A stretch of DNA of 58,139 nt, the filler included, from Platydemus manokwari (Eukaryota): assembly GCA_037951405.1 (NCBI GenBank). It is 5 parts of 5 records of this genome, joined end to end, with 100 filler letters (N's around TTAATTAATTAA, not from the genome) between each part and the next. Parts side by side here need not be neighbours in the genome. Positions count along the whole stretch, not along the records: positions 35,693 to 45,431 come from JBBMOY011211656.1; positions 45,532 to 58,139 come from JBBMOY010053346.1; 3 more parts are not named here. One strand, given 5' to 3'. A model generated the notes under the pieces. That model saw only the letters and a list, made by a program, of their open reading frames with translations. It did not search any database and was not told the origin of the DNA. Of this stretch, positions 38,456 to 51,286 are shown piece after piece (within the stretch, counting starts at the first letter, position 1; each line of letters begins with the position of its first letter). Position numbers and translations under genes: made by a program.

Positions 38456-41400
38456 AATCTATTAATAACACAAATATCATCCACAAATAACTCGTTTTAA
38501 ATCGATAAATTCAAATCAGAAAAATACAAAAAAATTATAATTCCATCGATTTAAACAAAACCAAATAATAATATTAAGATGAAATCAATTGAAACTAATC
38601 CTTCAATCAATATAAAACAATTGATTTAATCCGAATATATGAATGATAAATGAGAATGAATTGATAATTCAACATCAATAATTATCGAATAACGAATATT
38701 TTATTTTTCATAATAAATTATCGATTTTATTGTGGTAAATAATTTATTGAAATTGTATTTTATTTTAGACTTCATTTTAATTGCTAACTAATTATGTAAC
38801 ACATACAACACATCTCTCATTTGATTGCTAAATGATGACAGTCGTGCATAGACTTCATCTGAAATTCTTTTTACAAAATCTAAACAGACTCTTGAAAATG
38901 AATTGAAATGGTTGATAAATCATTTGATTTGCAATTGGATCTCGATAATGGCAATAATCTCAATACAGGCGCGCGCACACACACCGACACACACATAAAT
39001 CGTATCGTAATGGAAATGGAATTCGTATTATTCTCGACGAATTAATTTTTACCGATTTCTATGGTTGATCGGTGTGGGAAAAAAGGTAAATCTCGTAATA
39101 TCTACGCTCGGTGGATCTGTCGAGATCACTTCATCAGTACCAGGTAAATGTTGCAGGGGAGAAGTGGGATCATATCATATGCATTTGAAAATTTTTATCG
39201 GGAAGAATCAAAGAATAAGATTTTCAAAATTAAACTAAAATTGAAAGCAGGAATAATAATAATAATAATAATAATAATGAACGAACAAAATAATTTCATC
39301 TCATGACTCGAAAACTTGTTTGAAATAATTGGAACAATGTTGTGTTGTGATTGTAAATCAATGTCAAAATTTTCATCGGACAACCGGAAACGTGGAGGAT
39401 TGAATTGATGTCTCAAAACGAGATACAGGAAATGATTGGAAAATAGATATTTAATTTTCACAGTAGTTTAATGTCTGTCACGTGATATGAATTATTATTA
39501 GAATCAATAATCGTTATTCATTTAATGACACGGGTTTGTCTATTTTGTTGATTTGTATGCAGTTGAACTCTTTGTCAACACATTCGCTAAATATCGCCCT
39601 TAATCGGAAATCGCCATTTATTATTGATTACAAGCAGTTTATTTCGTTTCATATCACTAAAGAACTTTCAAAAACATCTTTTAGTAATTTTTATTATCAC
39701 TCTAACGAATAACGTTAAAAATTTGAATCAATGGAGTCTCGGAAAAGAAAAAAAACATTTTAATAAATTGAGCCGATTAAATAATATTTGCCGAGTTAGT
39801 TGCATATGCAACCATTTGAACTCGGGTTCCTAATCTCACTTGATTACCAAACTGGTTATAAAATCTTTTTAATTTCAAAGTCATCACATCCCCATTTATT
39901 AATCATCTATATATCGAATCTCTAGATATCTATCTTTATAAAATGCGTACTTCTTCCATCTCTTCATAGCTTTATTTATAACATCTTTATATCGTCACTG
40001 TGAGGATTTTTAGATGAATTAAATCTTTATAAAAAAAGTAGCGGCTTCCATGGCGACACGAATCTGGATTATATTCCGAAAAAGATTATTGACTGAAAAT
40101 TATTGAGGAGAAAGGGGAAGATTCTGAGAAATAATAGAGATATAAAACAAGATATTAACAAGATAGATGAATTAGATCTTTCATGTAAATGAATATGTAG
40201 AGTATTCGATACAGAGACCATTAGAAAATCAAAAATTTTAAAATGGGGCATGTGAGAATTATTAAATGAATCGAATTTTCACTATATTTTATCTATATCT
40301 TCCCCCTTCTCTCTTATAATTCCATCCTATAGACCTTCCCAGTTTTGAAACCAAACACGTATTGATAATGAACTGAAACGTCACGATGTCAAATTATTTT
40401 TAAATACATTAATTTAAACAAATTTTTAAAAAATCTGATTATAAAATCCTTAAAAATTTAAATATCATTGCAACTCTGAATTATTTTCTCACCCGTATTA
40501 ATCATATCACAACTTACTAAACTAAATCTGGTTGATTTAATGGAATTTTTTAAAAAAAACCCTTAAATCTCCACCATTGACATAATAAAACATAAATTTT
40601 CATTTCAAGTTGTTTGCTACAACGATTTTCTCACGTAAATATATGGGCGAATAGTACTTCAGAAAGAAATGACAGAAATACATCAGAAATACGTTTGGAG
40701 CCATTGTTGGCTCCAAAAATTGTAATTGTAATTTTCGCAATATAATTAGGAGCCATCAACAAAATTGCTTTTCGTGATGAAAGGCATGAATGAATTTTTA
40801 TCAGTAGAATGATACAACAAAAACATGACAGATTTTGATATTTATGCAATTGCTAACTGATATTAAACAGGAAGATAACCTCAAATAGCCTTAATGAAAA
40901 TTTTCAATGGAATTTTTGTCGAATTCCCAATGAGATCTCGTACAATTGATAAAAATAGAAGAATAACGAATTGGAAAATGAAGCCATTTATCAGAAACGA
41001 ACGAAAAATTATCCAAAAAAGTTTAGAAAATGAACGAAATATATGAAATTTTCGCCACTGCCAAACCAATTCAAAACAGATTATCTTACCGCTGTGGTCA
41101 TTAATTCATGTTCTATTAAGAAAAACAAGGTTATGCAATAAAATAAAATCATATTCAGACAATACTGTCAGCCGCTACTACTTCATAAAACTATCTAAAA
41201 ACGACATATAAAAGTACATTTAATCAATCTATTTAAAGAAACAAAATTAATATTTTTAATATAAATTCTAATTATTAACCTTGAAATTTTTTTTATAAAT
41301 CTTTAATTCTTTAATCTTCTCTCTCTATTTCCTCTACATCTTTTTATATATATCTTCCAACTTCTTTTTTTACACATTTCTGCCACTGATCTTCTCAGAA

Positions 41401-42184
41401 TCGAATTCAATTGCGTGTTCGCCACGTAATCCCCATTTATTTTCTAAAAAACGCATTGAAAACGAATTAAAAAGTCAAAACATTTAAAGTATATTTAGCC
41501 GAAATATTGGATAAAATTAAATTAAGTATTTTTATTTTTAAATAAATTCATATTATAAATTTATTGGCTAAAGTTAAAAAGTCGTCCTAAAATAAAATTT
41601 AAAATTTTTTGAGTGTATTGCAAAAGTCTATATAGTTTATTTAATTATATTCTTTAAAAACATTTTGAATATTTTATTTAATTACTTAAGAAGCATTTTA
41701 GCTATTGGAAATCAAATATTAAATACAGCAGAGCTTTAAAATCTCCTAAAACTTGATCATTTGAAAAAATGAAAAAAGTAGATCAAATTGCAATTTTTTG
41801 AAAATTAGCGAGGACACCATTTTTAACATTAGAAGCAAATTGAGAGATATTCTCAATATTTACAATTATTTTATAAAAATAAGCAATGATATTATTGAAC
41901 ATGTTTGTAATAAACTAACTCGATTTATAATTATAAAAATTTTCAAGTTAAAAACTCAAATAATCATATAGAAGTATTGTGATTAGAATGGGAACTTGGT
42001 TTTGAAACTATGTTTTGCAACTATTAGACATCTTAAAAAATGAGATATTATCTAAATTATATTAATAAATCAAACATAGCAGTAATAAATTTAAAATTAA
42101 GTTATAAAATTATGTCATGCGCGAAATTTCATAACGAAAGTAGGTCAAAGGACCCTTTTTCTTAACTTAAGCCCAAAGTTCGTA

Positions 42185-42959
42185 CCGTAATCACCCATGT
42201 ATAATGCCCCCCTACTTTTAAATTTAAAAACTGGTCTTTTTGACATACCCAAGCATAACGCTCCCCTAAGTTTTCAAATTTTTCTGCTAAAAAATTAATA
42301 TTTTTTGTGAATAAAATTTTATTTCAGACAATTACATTTTCTGCAATTCAATCAGAATCATTACTATCACTAAAAAGTTCATGAAACTCTTCCGGAGTCA
42401 GTCTTGCGTCTGTATCCTAGTTAGGGTCAACTTGGTCTTCATCTTCTTCATTTTCTTCGTTTGGGTCTTCTTTTCAGAGTTCATCATCTTCTGTGCCATC
42501 AAAATTGTTTGAGATTCCAGTCTTTAGGAATCCCTTAACAACCATCTGTGATGGAATATCATCCCAGGCTTCTGTGACCCAAGTAGAGACTAGAGACAAG
42601 CTAGGTTTCTTGAAGTTTCCATTTTTGGTCTGTTCTTGCTGGCCAGAGGCCATCCAATCCATCCATTTTTGCCTCATTCTGTCCTTGAATGGTTTGTTCA
42701 GAACGACATCCAGCGGCTGCAGGATAGATGTCAAGCCACCAGGAATCACTGCTTGGGTGGTGTTGAGAGAAGTACATTTTCTCTTTACTTTGTCAGTTAT
42801 ATGTGCTCTGAACTGATCACACACTAAAATTGATTTCTTCAAGAGAGCTCCGGGCTTTCTATTCCTATATACTTCTACATACTCAAGTATAATACTCCCC
42901 CCATTTAAAATGTTGAAATTTCAGACGAAAATGGGAGTATTATACTTGGGTGATTACGG
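42185..42959 (-). mobile_element. Internally deleted pogo-family transposon with both TIRs, TA TSDs and C-terminal DDE_1 fragment (42474-42842)
   Basis: TA|ccgtaatcacccatgtataatgcccc ... gggagtattatacttgggtgattacgg|TA. Protein LVCDQFRAH..VIPGGLTSILQPLDVVLNKPFK..GFLKTGISNNFDGTEDD. Confidence 0.93.
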
Positions 42960-45350
42960 TAATTTTAATAATTTTAAAATTGAGAGCTTAACAGTAACTT
43001 TTAAAGCAAGATCATTTTATAAATATCAACATAGTGTGTTTATTTATAATATAATTTATACGAAATATCTTTTAACTCAATTTTTATAATTCTAATCTAA
43101 TGAAAATTTTAATTATTTATCGTATTTTTTAAATAAACCTCACAAATACAATATCACCTCGATTTGATTAATCCAATCTATGAGATATATGATAATCCAA
43201 ATAAAGATATAAAAGAATAACCTTGAAGATGATTGGATATTAAGAAATAATAAATGAAATAATAGTTTACAAGTTTAGATTCTACAGAACTTTAAATTAT
43301 AAAACTAAAAGCATGAATAATAAATAAATAAAACAATAAAACAGTAAAACACAAAACGACTTATCAATAATCGAACTCCAATTGTTAAAAAAACAATAAT
43401 AACGAATAAACCAATTATCTGACGATGACCAGTGGTTCTAGAATCACACCATCTGTTGGGTTAGTTGTTGGTTTCATGATGTGACATAATTTAAATAATA
43501 ATATTACTTGTAACTTAATCGATATCTATTTTTTATCATCAATAGAGAAAAGGATGTAACAATTTTTACACGATAATAAGATGAATAATAAATATCAATT
43601 TGAGAAGAAATTTTGTGATATTTTCAAGATTAGAGACGCAAGAGTTTTTTATGTTTTGATTTTCACATAACGAACACCTCAAAAAAGCTATAAATAGTGT
43701 GATCACATCGAGAGATTTGCCATTGCGACAAGACTGGAATACAAAGTAAGAAGGTGAGTTACTTTTTCATATCAGTATTAAGGTTGTGAGATAGTAAGTT
43801 GGTGTATTCTTGGTAAAGTAAAGTAGCACCATTTTGTTACGAGTTGGTAATTCAGCAGAATTGACGGGACTTGGTAGACAGAGATAATTTATATAATCGG
43901 TTTATGAATCGGGATTGGGCGATACCTGCTGAGTACAAAATGAAGAGATGATAGTCATCTAATAGAAAGCTCATCAATATTCTCGAAAACCAAAACTTAT
44001 ATCAAGATAGTACTTAAATCACTGTTAAAAGCATGAAAAATATTTTTTAAAAAATCAATGTTTTCTCCAAGATACTCATATTAATTAATCCTAAAATAAA
44101 TAAAATTCCAGACGGAATTTTCGCCAACAAAAGCCATTTTTTCATTACATACAAACATAGATAAAATTGGGTTTTTTTTAAATTATTTTTTGCAAGCATA
44201 TTTTTTTGTCTGAGAGTCCAGCCATTAATAATTCCTCAGTTGAGAAATTTTTTTTATCTCTCTGGAAATAATATCTCACTCATATCAAATCAACAATACT
44301 TGTTCTAATCGTTGTTGACATTTTTTAAAAAAAATTTATTAATTCCCCACAATAAATGGTCTTTCAACGAAACAGACAATCCATTGGTTAAAAATGTATT
44401 CCATTTTGGATAATAATAATAATAACATATCAACGTATTAATGGATTATTTATTTATTGATTTAACTATTCATGAAAATTTTCATGAAAAAAACTAATAC
44501 CAATCTCAACCGAACATATTATTATGTTGTCATTGGTGGCGAACATCGGTCGAGTCGATGGAAAAGAGCAACGGAAGAGAGAACGTAAAATATTCGAATT
44601 CAAATGGCAAATATTATCGTTGAGATTTTATTTTGTTTTAATTAATTCGGATTAGAGGAAAATTGAGAATGGTGGGGAGGGAAGAAATATTGAACGGGTA
44701 AACAAAATCAATGATAAAAAATAGTAATAAAATGAAAATGAAAGATAAAACTAAAACGTAATTCATGCTGAACAATGTCTTTCAATACAATGTTGTTTTG
44801 TCAATTTCGAGCATTGATTAATTTCAATCTGTCTAGTCGACTTTTTTAAAATACTTTTGTTTGAATGAGAAGAAATATTTTTACCTTTTTTTGTTAATTC
44901 AATTTTATTTAATTAAAAGTTTTAAAGAAGTTTTAATTAAGAATATCGATGTTCATTAAACAAAACAAATCAATTAATAATGTTATTCATTGATTCAGTG
45001 AGGAAAATCCGATCTGGTTTTTGTTGTCAAAACACAAAACACGAAAACGTGAATATATGAAATGATATTATTGAGAAACAAACACCTACACTTGTCTGTG
45101 AAAAATATTTTCACGTTCGATATGTTTAAGTTGTTTCACTGTGATTTACCGTCTGGTTATTCAGTAGTTGTATTATGAATTAGTTGTAACATTTCAAGAT
45201 AGAAGATAGAGATTGATTTCAAGAATGACAATCATTGGAAATTTTATAATTTTATAAAATCGTTATGTATGGCGATAAAAATTTTAGAATAATTATATGT
45301 TTATTTAAATTATATTCACCCGGGAAGGATTATTATAATAACTACTTTAA

Positions 45351-45431
45351 TAATAATAACAATAATAATAACAATGATAGCAGTAATAATAATAATAATA
45401 ATAATAGTAATAATAATAGTAATGATAATGA
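45351..45431 (+). repeat. Imperfect (AAT)n microsatellite at contig end
   Basis: Direct reading. Source of the poly-Asn ORF. Confidence 0.9.
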
Positions 45432-45531
45432 NNNNNNNNNNNNNNNNNNNNNNNNNNNNNNNNNNNNNNNNNNNNTTAATTAATTAANNNNNNNNNNNNN
45501 NNNNNNNNNNNNNNNNNNNNNNNNNNNNNNN
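45432..45531. other. Assembly gap with artificial linker
   Basis: N44-TTAATTAATTAA-N44. Confidence 0.97.
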
Positions 45532-48500
45532 ATGTGAACTGATTAACCCCGAAGATCTTTGACTATTTACAGTAAATTATACAAATTAGTTAACATAAAA
45601 ATGTTTAGTTTTAGAACAAAAATAACCCATCTCGAAGAGAGAACGATAGATAATGATTTTATAGATTTAATACGACTAATATATTTTAAAATAAATCACC
45701 TTAAGATCAATCCAATTAACTATTAATCATGTTTATTCAAACGGTACAACTATGTATTTCTTTAAAAATCAGATAATTTCTTCAAGGTGATAAACTTTGT
45801 ATTTCACAAAATACGGTCTTTAAATATCTTTTTTAAAATCCAAGTTGATAGTCTCAAATTTGTATTGTAATCGATATAATCCATTTTTAAAAATTTACAC
45901 ACGGTAATATTCTGATTGTTCAAGCTTGTTTAATTTATCAAAATTTTACTGCATATCGAAAATTGTGTCCTTTTCATGTGTGTATTTATAATATGACCCC
46001 CCCTGTGTTATCATTGGGTTATTATTTTTGATATTATTTTAATAATGTGGGAAATTAATATTTGTTTATTTAATTAGTTCTGAAATTTTTACTGATTTCG
46101 ATTTCATTTCTCCAGATATTAATTACTGTTAATTTAATTGGGATGGATTTTTGCGAAAGCGAATATCAAACATTTTCTTGTTATTATTATAACTTTTATA
46201 GCACCCTTTTATTAGATGATCGTTTATTCTACTTAACAAATAGAATACGTTATGAATTACCTCAGAGATGATGATTCAGTGCGTTTTAACAATTTGGTTA
46301 TCCGATATGCTTCTATAAACGAATAATCGATATCCATTATAAATAAAATGCTTCTTCAAACGAGTAAAGAGGGGATATGTATTCTAGATAATCTTTATAA
46401 AGCAGCGAAACAAGTGCGAAGTGATCCATATTTTTGAAGATTTTAATGACAGAACAATCGGTTTAAAATCAATTTCGTCTTTTATTTGAGGATTTGATTC
46501 GAATAGAATGGCCGAAGAAGAAGTACACGAAAAACCTTGAGATGATAATTACCTCAACAGAGCAAAATACTTTCTACATAGGAAAACTATCTGTTAGGAT
46601 CTAAACCCATTACATAATGAGTCACAAGCACATATTACGCCAACAAATATAATCATACTCGTATAATTAAAATTCCAAAAATAAATCAAATCCTATAAAT
46701 AGAATTAATTCCAAAAATAGATCAGAAAATAAAAATAGGATTTTAAAATTCCAGAAATAGAAAATCGTGATTGGCCACAGTTATATCGAAAATTAATATA
46801 AAATCAGCCGGCGAAACAGAACAAATCGCCAAAAAGTTAACTAACATTTTCCAATTAAAGCAATTAGCTAACAGGAAACTACGAGAAACGAGAAAAGTTA
46901 ATTAGTCACTAGACAAACATAGTTATCTCCGTAACAAGGCAACCGATTTAAGCAGCAAGGTACAAAGTGACTTATTGATTGATTTTTATACCGTGTCGAT
47001 AGATTCGGTATCAACTAAATATCTCTTCGTTTTTCTCCCATCGTTTTAATAGTTTTATTTCATTGTACGGTTCACCCGTATCGTGAATCTTGCCCTCTGG
47101 TTAAGCAAGCCACGCTTCGCCAGTTCTTTGTTTACACAATCTTAATAATTCAATTGTTATTTAATTTGTAGATTGTATTGATTCATAATTATATTTTAGT
47201 ATCACTGCGTTATTGTTATTTATTGTCTTATTATTATTTATATTTAAATTCATCTACTTCTAATGAACGCAACACAAAAACCAATAATACTTAAAAACCA
47301 ATAGTTTATTAGTAACCAAAATAAATCAGAACATAAATATATTTAGAAGAACAAACACATTCAATTTAGTTCAATGGTTACGATGAAGGTGTAAAGCAAT
47401 GGAATGGCGCTTTCACCTGATCAAGAGTTCCTTTCTTCATCATGAATTATAAACTTTTATTTGAAGATGAAATTGTTCTTGTTAATATATTTGCCAAAAG
47501 ATGAACCAAGTTTCTGCGAATATTGACCAGAAAAAGTTAAATTTGTTCGAAGGATTTAGTCCTAATATTATTATTCCAAGCACAATTTGGCTAGAAAGTA
47601 AGCAGACTTTTAGCTAATAATTTAAATTAGATGTTTTATATCATTGGGCCATTAATTTATTTACAATGTTTAATTAATGTTTAAGTAAAGTTGAAACCAA
47701 TCTTTAAAGATTACTAGTCGTTAATTTTCATTGGGTATCTTCCAACATCCCTTGTTAGGATATTTGGTGGTTATCTGTTTCGACGCATTTTAATGAATTG
47801 TTTTTGATGCTTTGCAATTGCTCACTTTTTACTTTTCTTAAATAAATATTATTACCAAATCATTTTATTCTAATTTCAGACCACTAAATACATATCCAGT
47901 AATCATAATTAATAATCTATTTCGGTTCAGCGAAACTCAATCTAGACCAACCATCTTGTCAAATAGCTAAGGTACCGTCAAATAAATTCAGGTTATCATT
48001 TTGTATTTGTTGCTTCATAAATTTTTGGAAGCTGATTAGAAGCTGATGCAGACAGGATGTAGCCTCAAAATTTTGGCTACATATTGATTTTGTTGGTTCA
48101 GAATACCCTTTGATTTTGGGAAAGTTTACGAATGACTAAGACAAACGTTTTTATGGTGAAGAGATTTTTCTATTAGGTAGGTGATTAAGTTCGTTTGGAC
48201 ATTATTCCGAAGAGAATTCAAACAGAAAGCCCAACGAGGAACTTTGCTTCTGGATTGAAGCAGGTGATTCCAATTGTGCTTTGATGGTTTCCAGTTCCTC
48301 GAGTTTCAGTTTGTTTTCTAATTTATCGAGATAGTCACAAATTTCTCTAATATAAACACGATAAAGTTTATGTATAATTAAATTTAAGACCGATATAAAT
48401 TTCGTTATGTAATAATTCGATCAGTTGCTTAAAATATTTCAAGCTTTCAAGAATATTGACAATATAAATTAAATTGACTTATTCACTATTATATATTAGA

Positions 48501-49564
48501 TGATAGAAGAATAAATTCAACCATTTGAGCTATATATATATATATATATATTGAAGGTCATTTTGATGGTTTCGATAATTTTGACAGATTCATCACATAC
48601 TCCAGAGAATTCTGCATGTCATCAGATTATAATTTAAAGAAAATTTTGAATGGATAAAAGCTTTTTTCTTTAAGCATATAAATTCCACCAATTCTATTCC
48701 AATGTTATAATTCACTGTATATCATTAATTACTTAATTTTCAAACTCAACGCACTAAAGTTACAAAATTTTATATTTAAAAGTTATTATAAAATAAAAAA
48801 ATGTTTATTTACCTTCTTTTTCTAATTTTACCAGCATATTATTTTCAGCAAATTACGAGTTATACAATAATTAATTTTTTAAACACAAGTCAGTTATTAT
48901 GTAAGCGCTCGAATTAGTTAAAGTCCGCTTTGATCTCTTTTGCAACATAACATCATTTCTTTTTTGGTCAAAACTATACAAAATTATACAAACAAATCTG
49001 CAACATATAAACCAATTATTGAAAAGTTCAATTGATTTACAATACTAATTTAATAAGAATATTGGGAAAATGTATAATTTGGATGAAAGGGAATTCATCA
49101 GAATTAGTAAAAAAATAAATAAAAATCTTGGAATCCTATCGCAATATATTTTAATTTTGATTCCTATTATCTGCAAATTCATAGTTAAAACAATAAAAGA
49201 AATAAAAGTCATCAACGACACATCAGCTTGCAGAAAAGCCATGAATTCGGGATTCTGGACAGAAGAAATGAAACCATTTGAATATTGGTATATATTAATA
49301 CTAATTTATAATTATTTTATAATTAGAAATGTGTTTTAAACTATGTTGTATGTATTTTTTCATCAAACTTATTTAGTAATACTAAAGAATTATTAAAATT
49401 TAATAATCATGTCAGTAATGAGTAAAAAAATATTAAATATGGCAAACTTTTGCTATCGACGGAAAGTAAAATTGAATCTTTAAATTAAAATTTTTTGTTA
49501 TGCGACATTGTTAACTTATGACTTCGTATAAAACATTATATACATAATTTATTTGTAATTCTAG

Positions 49565-50495
49565 TCTAAATAAAAGAATCCCGAAATCGAAAGTCCGTTC
49601 TAGGAATAATAATACACCTTATTCAAACAGTTATAGGCGAGAAAAATTTACAGAAAATGACGAGGCGCAAGCATTAGAAGAAATTATGACAGATGTTGAC
49701 AATGGTAAAATAAGCAAGAAATATTTTAAAACTGAAGAATCTTTATCTAAACTCATTGATAAAAGGGCGATGAAAATAGCTGCAACTAAAAAGGAAGACA
49801 TGAAAACCAGACAATATAATACAATTTTCAAAGATCCCATGAAATATTTCCTCCGTCATTATGATTTACAAAAATTCAAGCAAAATAAAAAAGTGAAACT
49901 CTCAAAGAAATTAATCGAAAACTTACTAATTGACACATTAAACTCAGATGGCTTATACAAATATTTTCAGACAATTTATGGTTCAGATGAAAGTAAAAAT
50001 GATATTTTAAAAATTATTTTGAACGATTTGTCATCGAATGAGAAACAATCTTCTGTTTATCCTATTGATTTTACTTCGGAATTTTATCAATTAAATAAAG
50101 ATAAGTATTTGAAACCACCTGATATTATCTTTGAGGATGCTGATATATCAGAAGTTGATCATGATTCATATAACAATAAATTTGATCTCAGTCCATGTTT
50201 TGATATTGATTATCAACCACCAATACTTCCAACTAAATTTCCGATATTTACTTTCCACGATTCAAAGGGCAAACTGATAACTATTCCTAATTGGGAGCTA
50301 GATAATATCCTGAACAAATATTACTACTTACCTAAACCCGAAGAAATCGAAGAACCAAAAATGTTTAAACGTAAAACAATTGATGAGTTTGGAAACTTAC
50401 AAATGGAATTAGCTAAAAAACGTGAACAAAGCAGAAAGAAAGAACAAATGAAAAAAACCAAAATTAAGGCAAGAATGAAAATGAAGCAAAAGTAG
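49565..50495 (+). CDS. Uncharacterised protein, probable terminal exon (~310 codons), basic coiled-coil C-terminus
   Basis: Frame stays open upstream of ATG 49686 back to a ttctag acceptor at 49564. AATAAA follows the stop. Upstream exons not resolved. Confidence 0.7.
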
Positions 50496-50594
50496 AAGAT
50501 TTTTATTTGGATATATTGGAATAAACAATTTTAAAATAAATATTTATATTTCATTAAAAATCTTCTTAAAGATCATTTATAATATTTCTTAAAC

Positions 50595-51286
50595 TAGTGG
50601 TCTTCACACTTTTTGTGTTGCGACCCACTTCATTAGTCCAATTTTTTTCGCGACTCCTAGGGACAAAATTAATATAAAGTAAATTTTTTTTAATCAAAAA
50701 TATTTGTAATACAAAAAAAATTAAAATATATTTAATAATAACAATCATTTTCATGTTATGGCATAAAACATCAAAGCTTGGCTCCATTTTGGTAATGGCT
50801 GGTCTCAGTACTAATTCCAGATCTTTAAAATTCGATCGATATTTTGTCTTAATCTAAGTCATTGTCGAAAATAATTTTTAACACAAATAAGTAGAGGCAT
50901 AAGGGAGAAGAGAAAGTATGGCTAGTTCCGATAATGGTGGATATTGTGTTTTTACACTAGCCCAAAAAGAACTTAAAATGATTTTTGAAAAATTTACTTT
51001 CAAGCTCAGATCACTGGAGAGTTCTGAAAACTATACTTGAGTTTTAAATAAGAGTTGATTCACTTTTTCTTAATAATTAGAACATACTGTTGTTGAGACT
51101 GTTTTTTGCATTAAGAAAAAATTACTATTATATCGTCTATTAATATCAATAAAATAAAAGAATAATTGTATTCATATTTAAAGAATATTTTCTTATAATT
51201 ACTATAACTTTGAAATTTCTCGCAACCCCTCAAAAATTTTCTGTGACCCACTGGTGAGTCGCGCCCTCCCATTTTGAAGGCCACTA
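50595..51286 (-). mobile_element. Internally deleted hAT (Buster/Charlie-type) element with dimerisation-domain fragment
   Basis: TIRs tagtggtcttca / tgaaggccacta. 8-bp TSD tcttaaac / tcttaagc (nnnTAnnn). Minus strand reads ELSSDLSLK..FWASVKTQYPPLSELA..LLPYASTYLC..IKTKYRS..LRPAITKMEPSFDVLC. Confidence 0.92.

Noticed and set aside
42493-42827. Plus-strand ORFs of 107 and 63 aa
   Set aside because: Antisense shadows of the pogo transposase fragment.
45265-45483. Poly-Asn ORF
   Set aside because: Translation of an (AAT)n microsatellite running into a gap.
46250-46320. MNYLRDDDSV resembling NQILRDDDYV in ORF X
   Set aside because: Similarity limited to a few residues and could not be extended.
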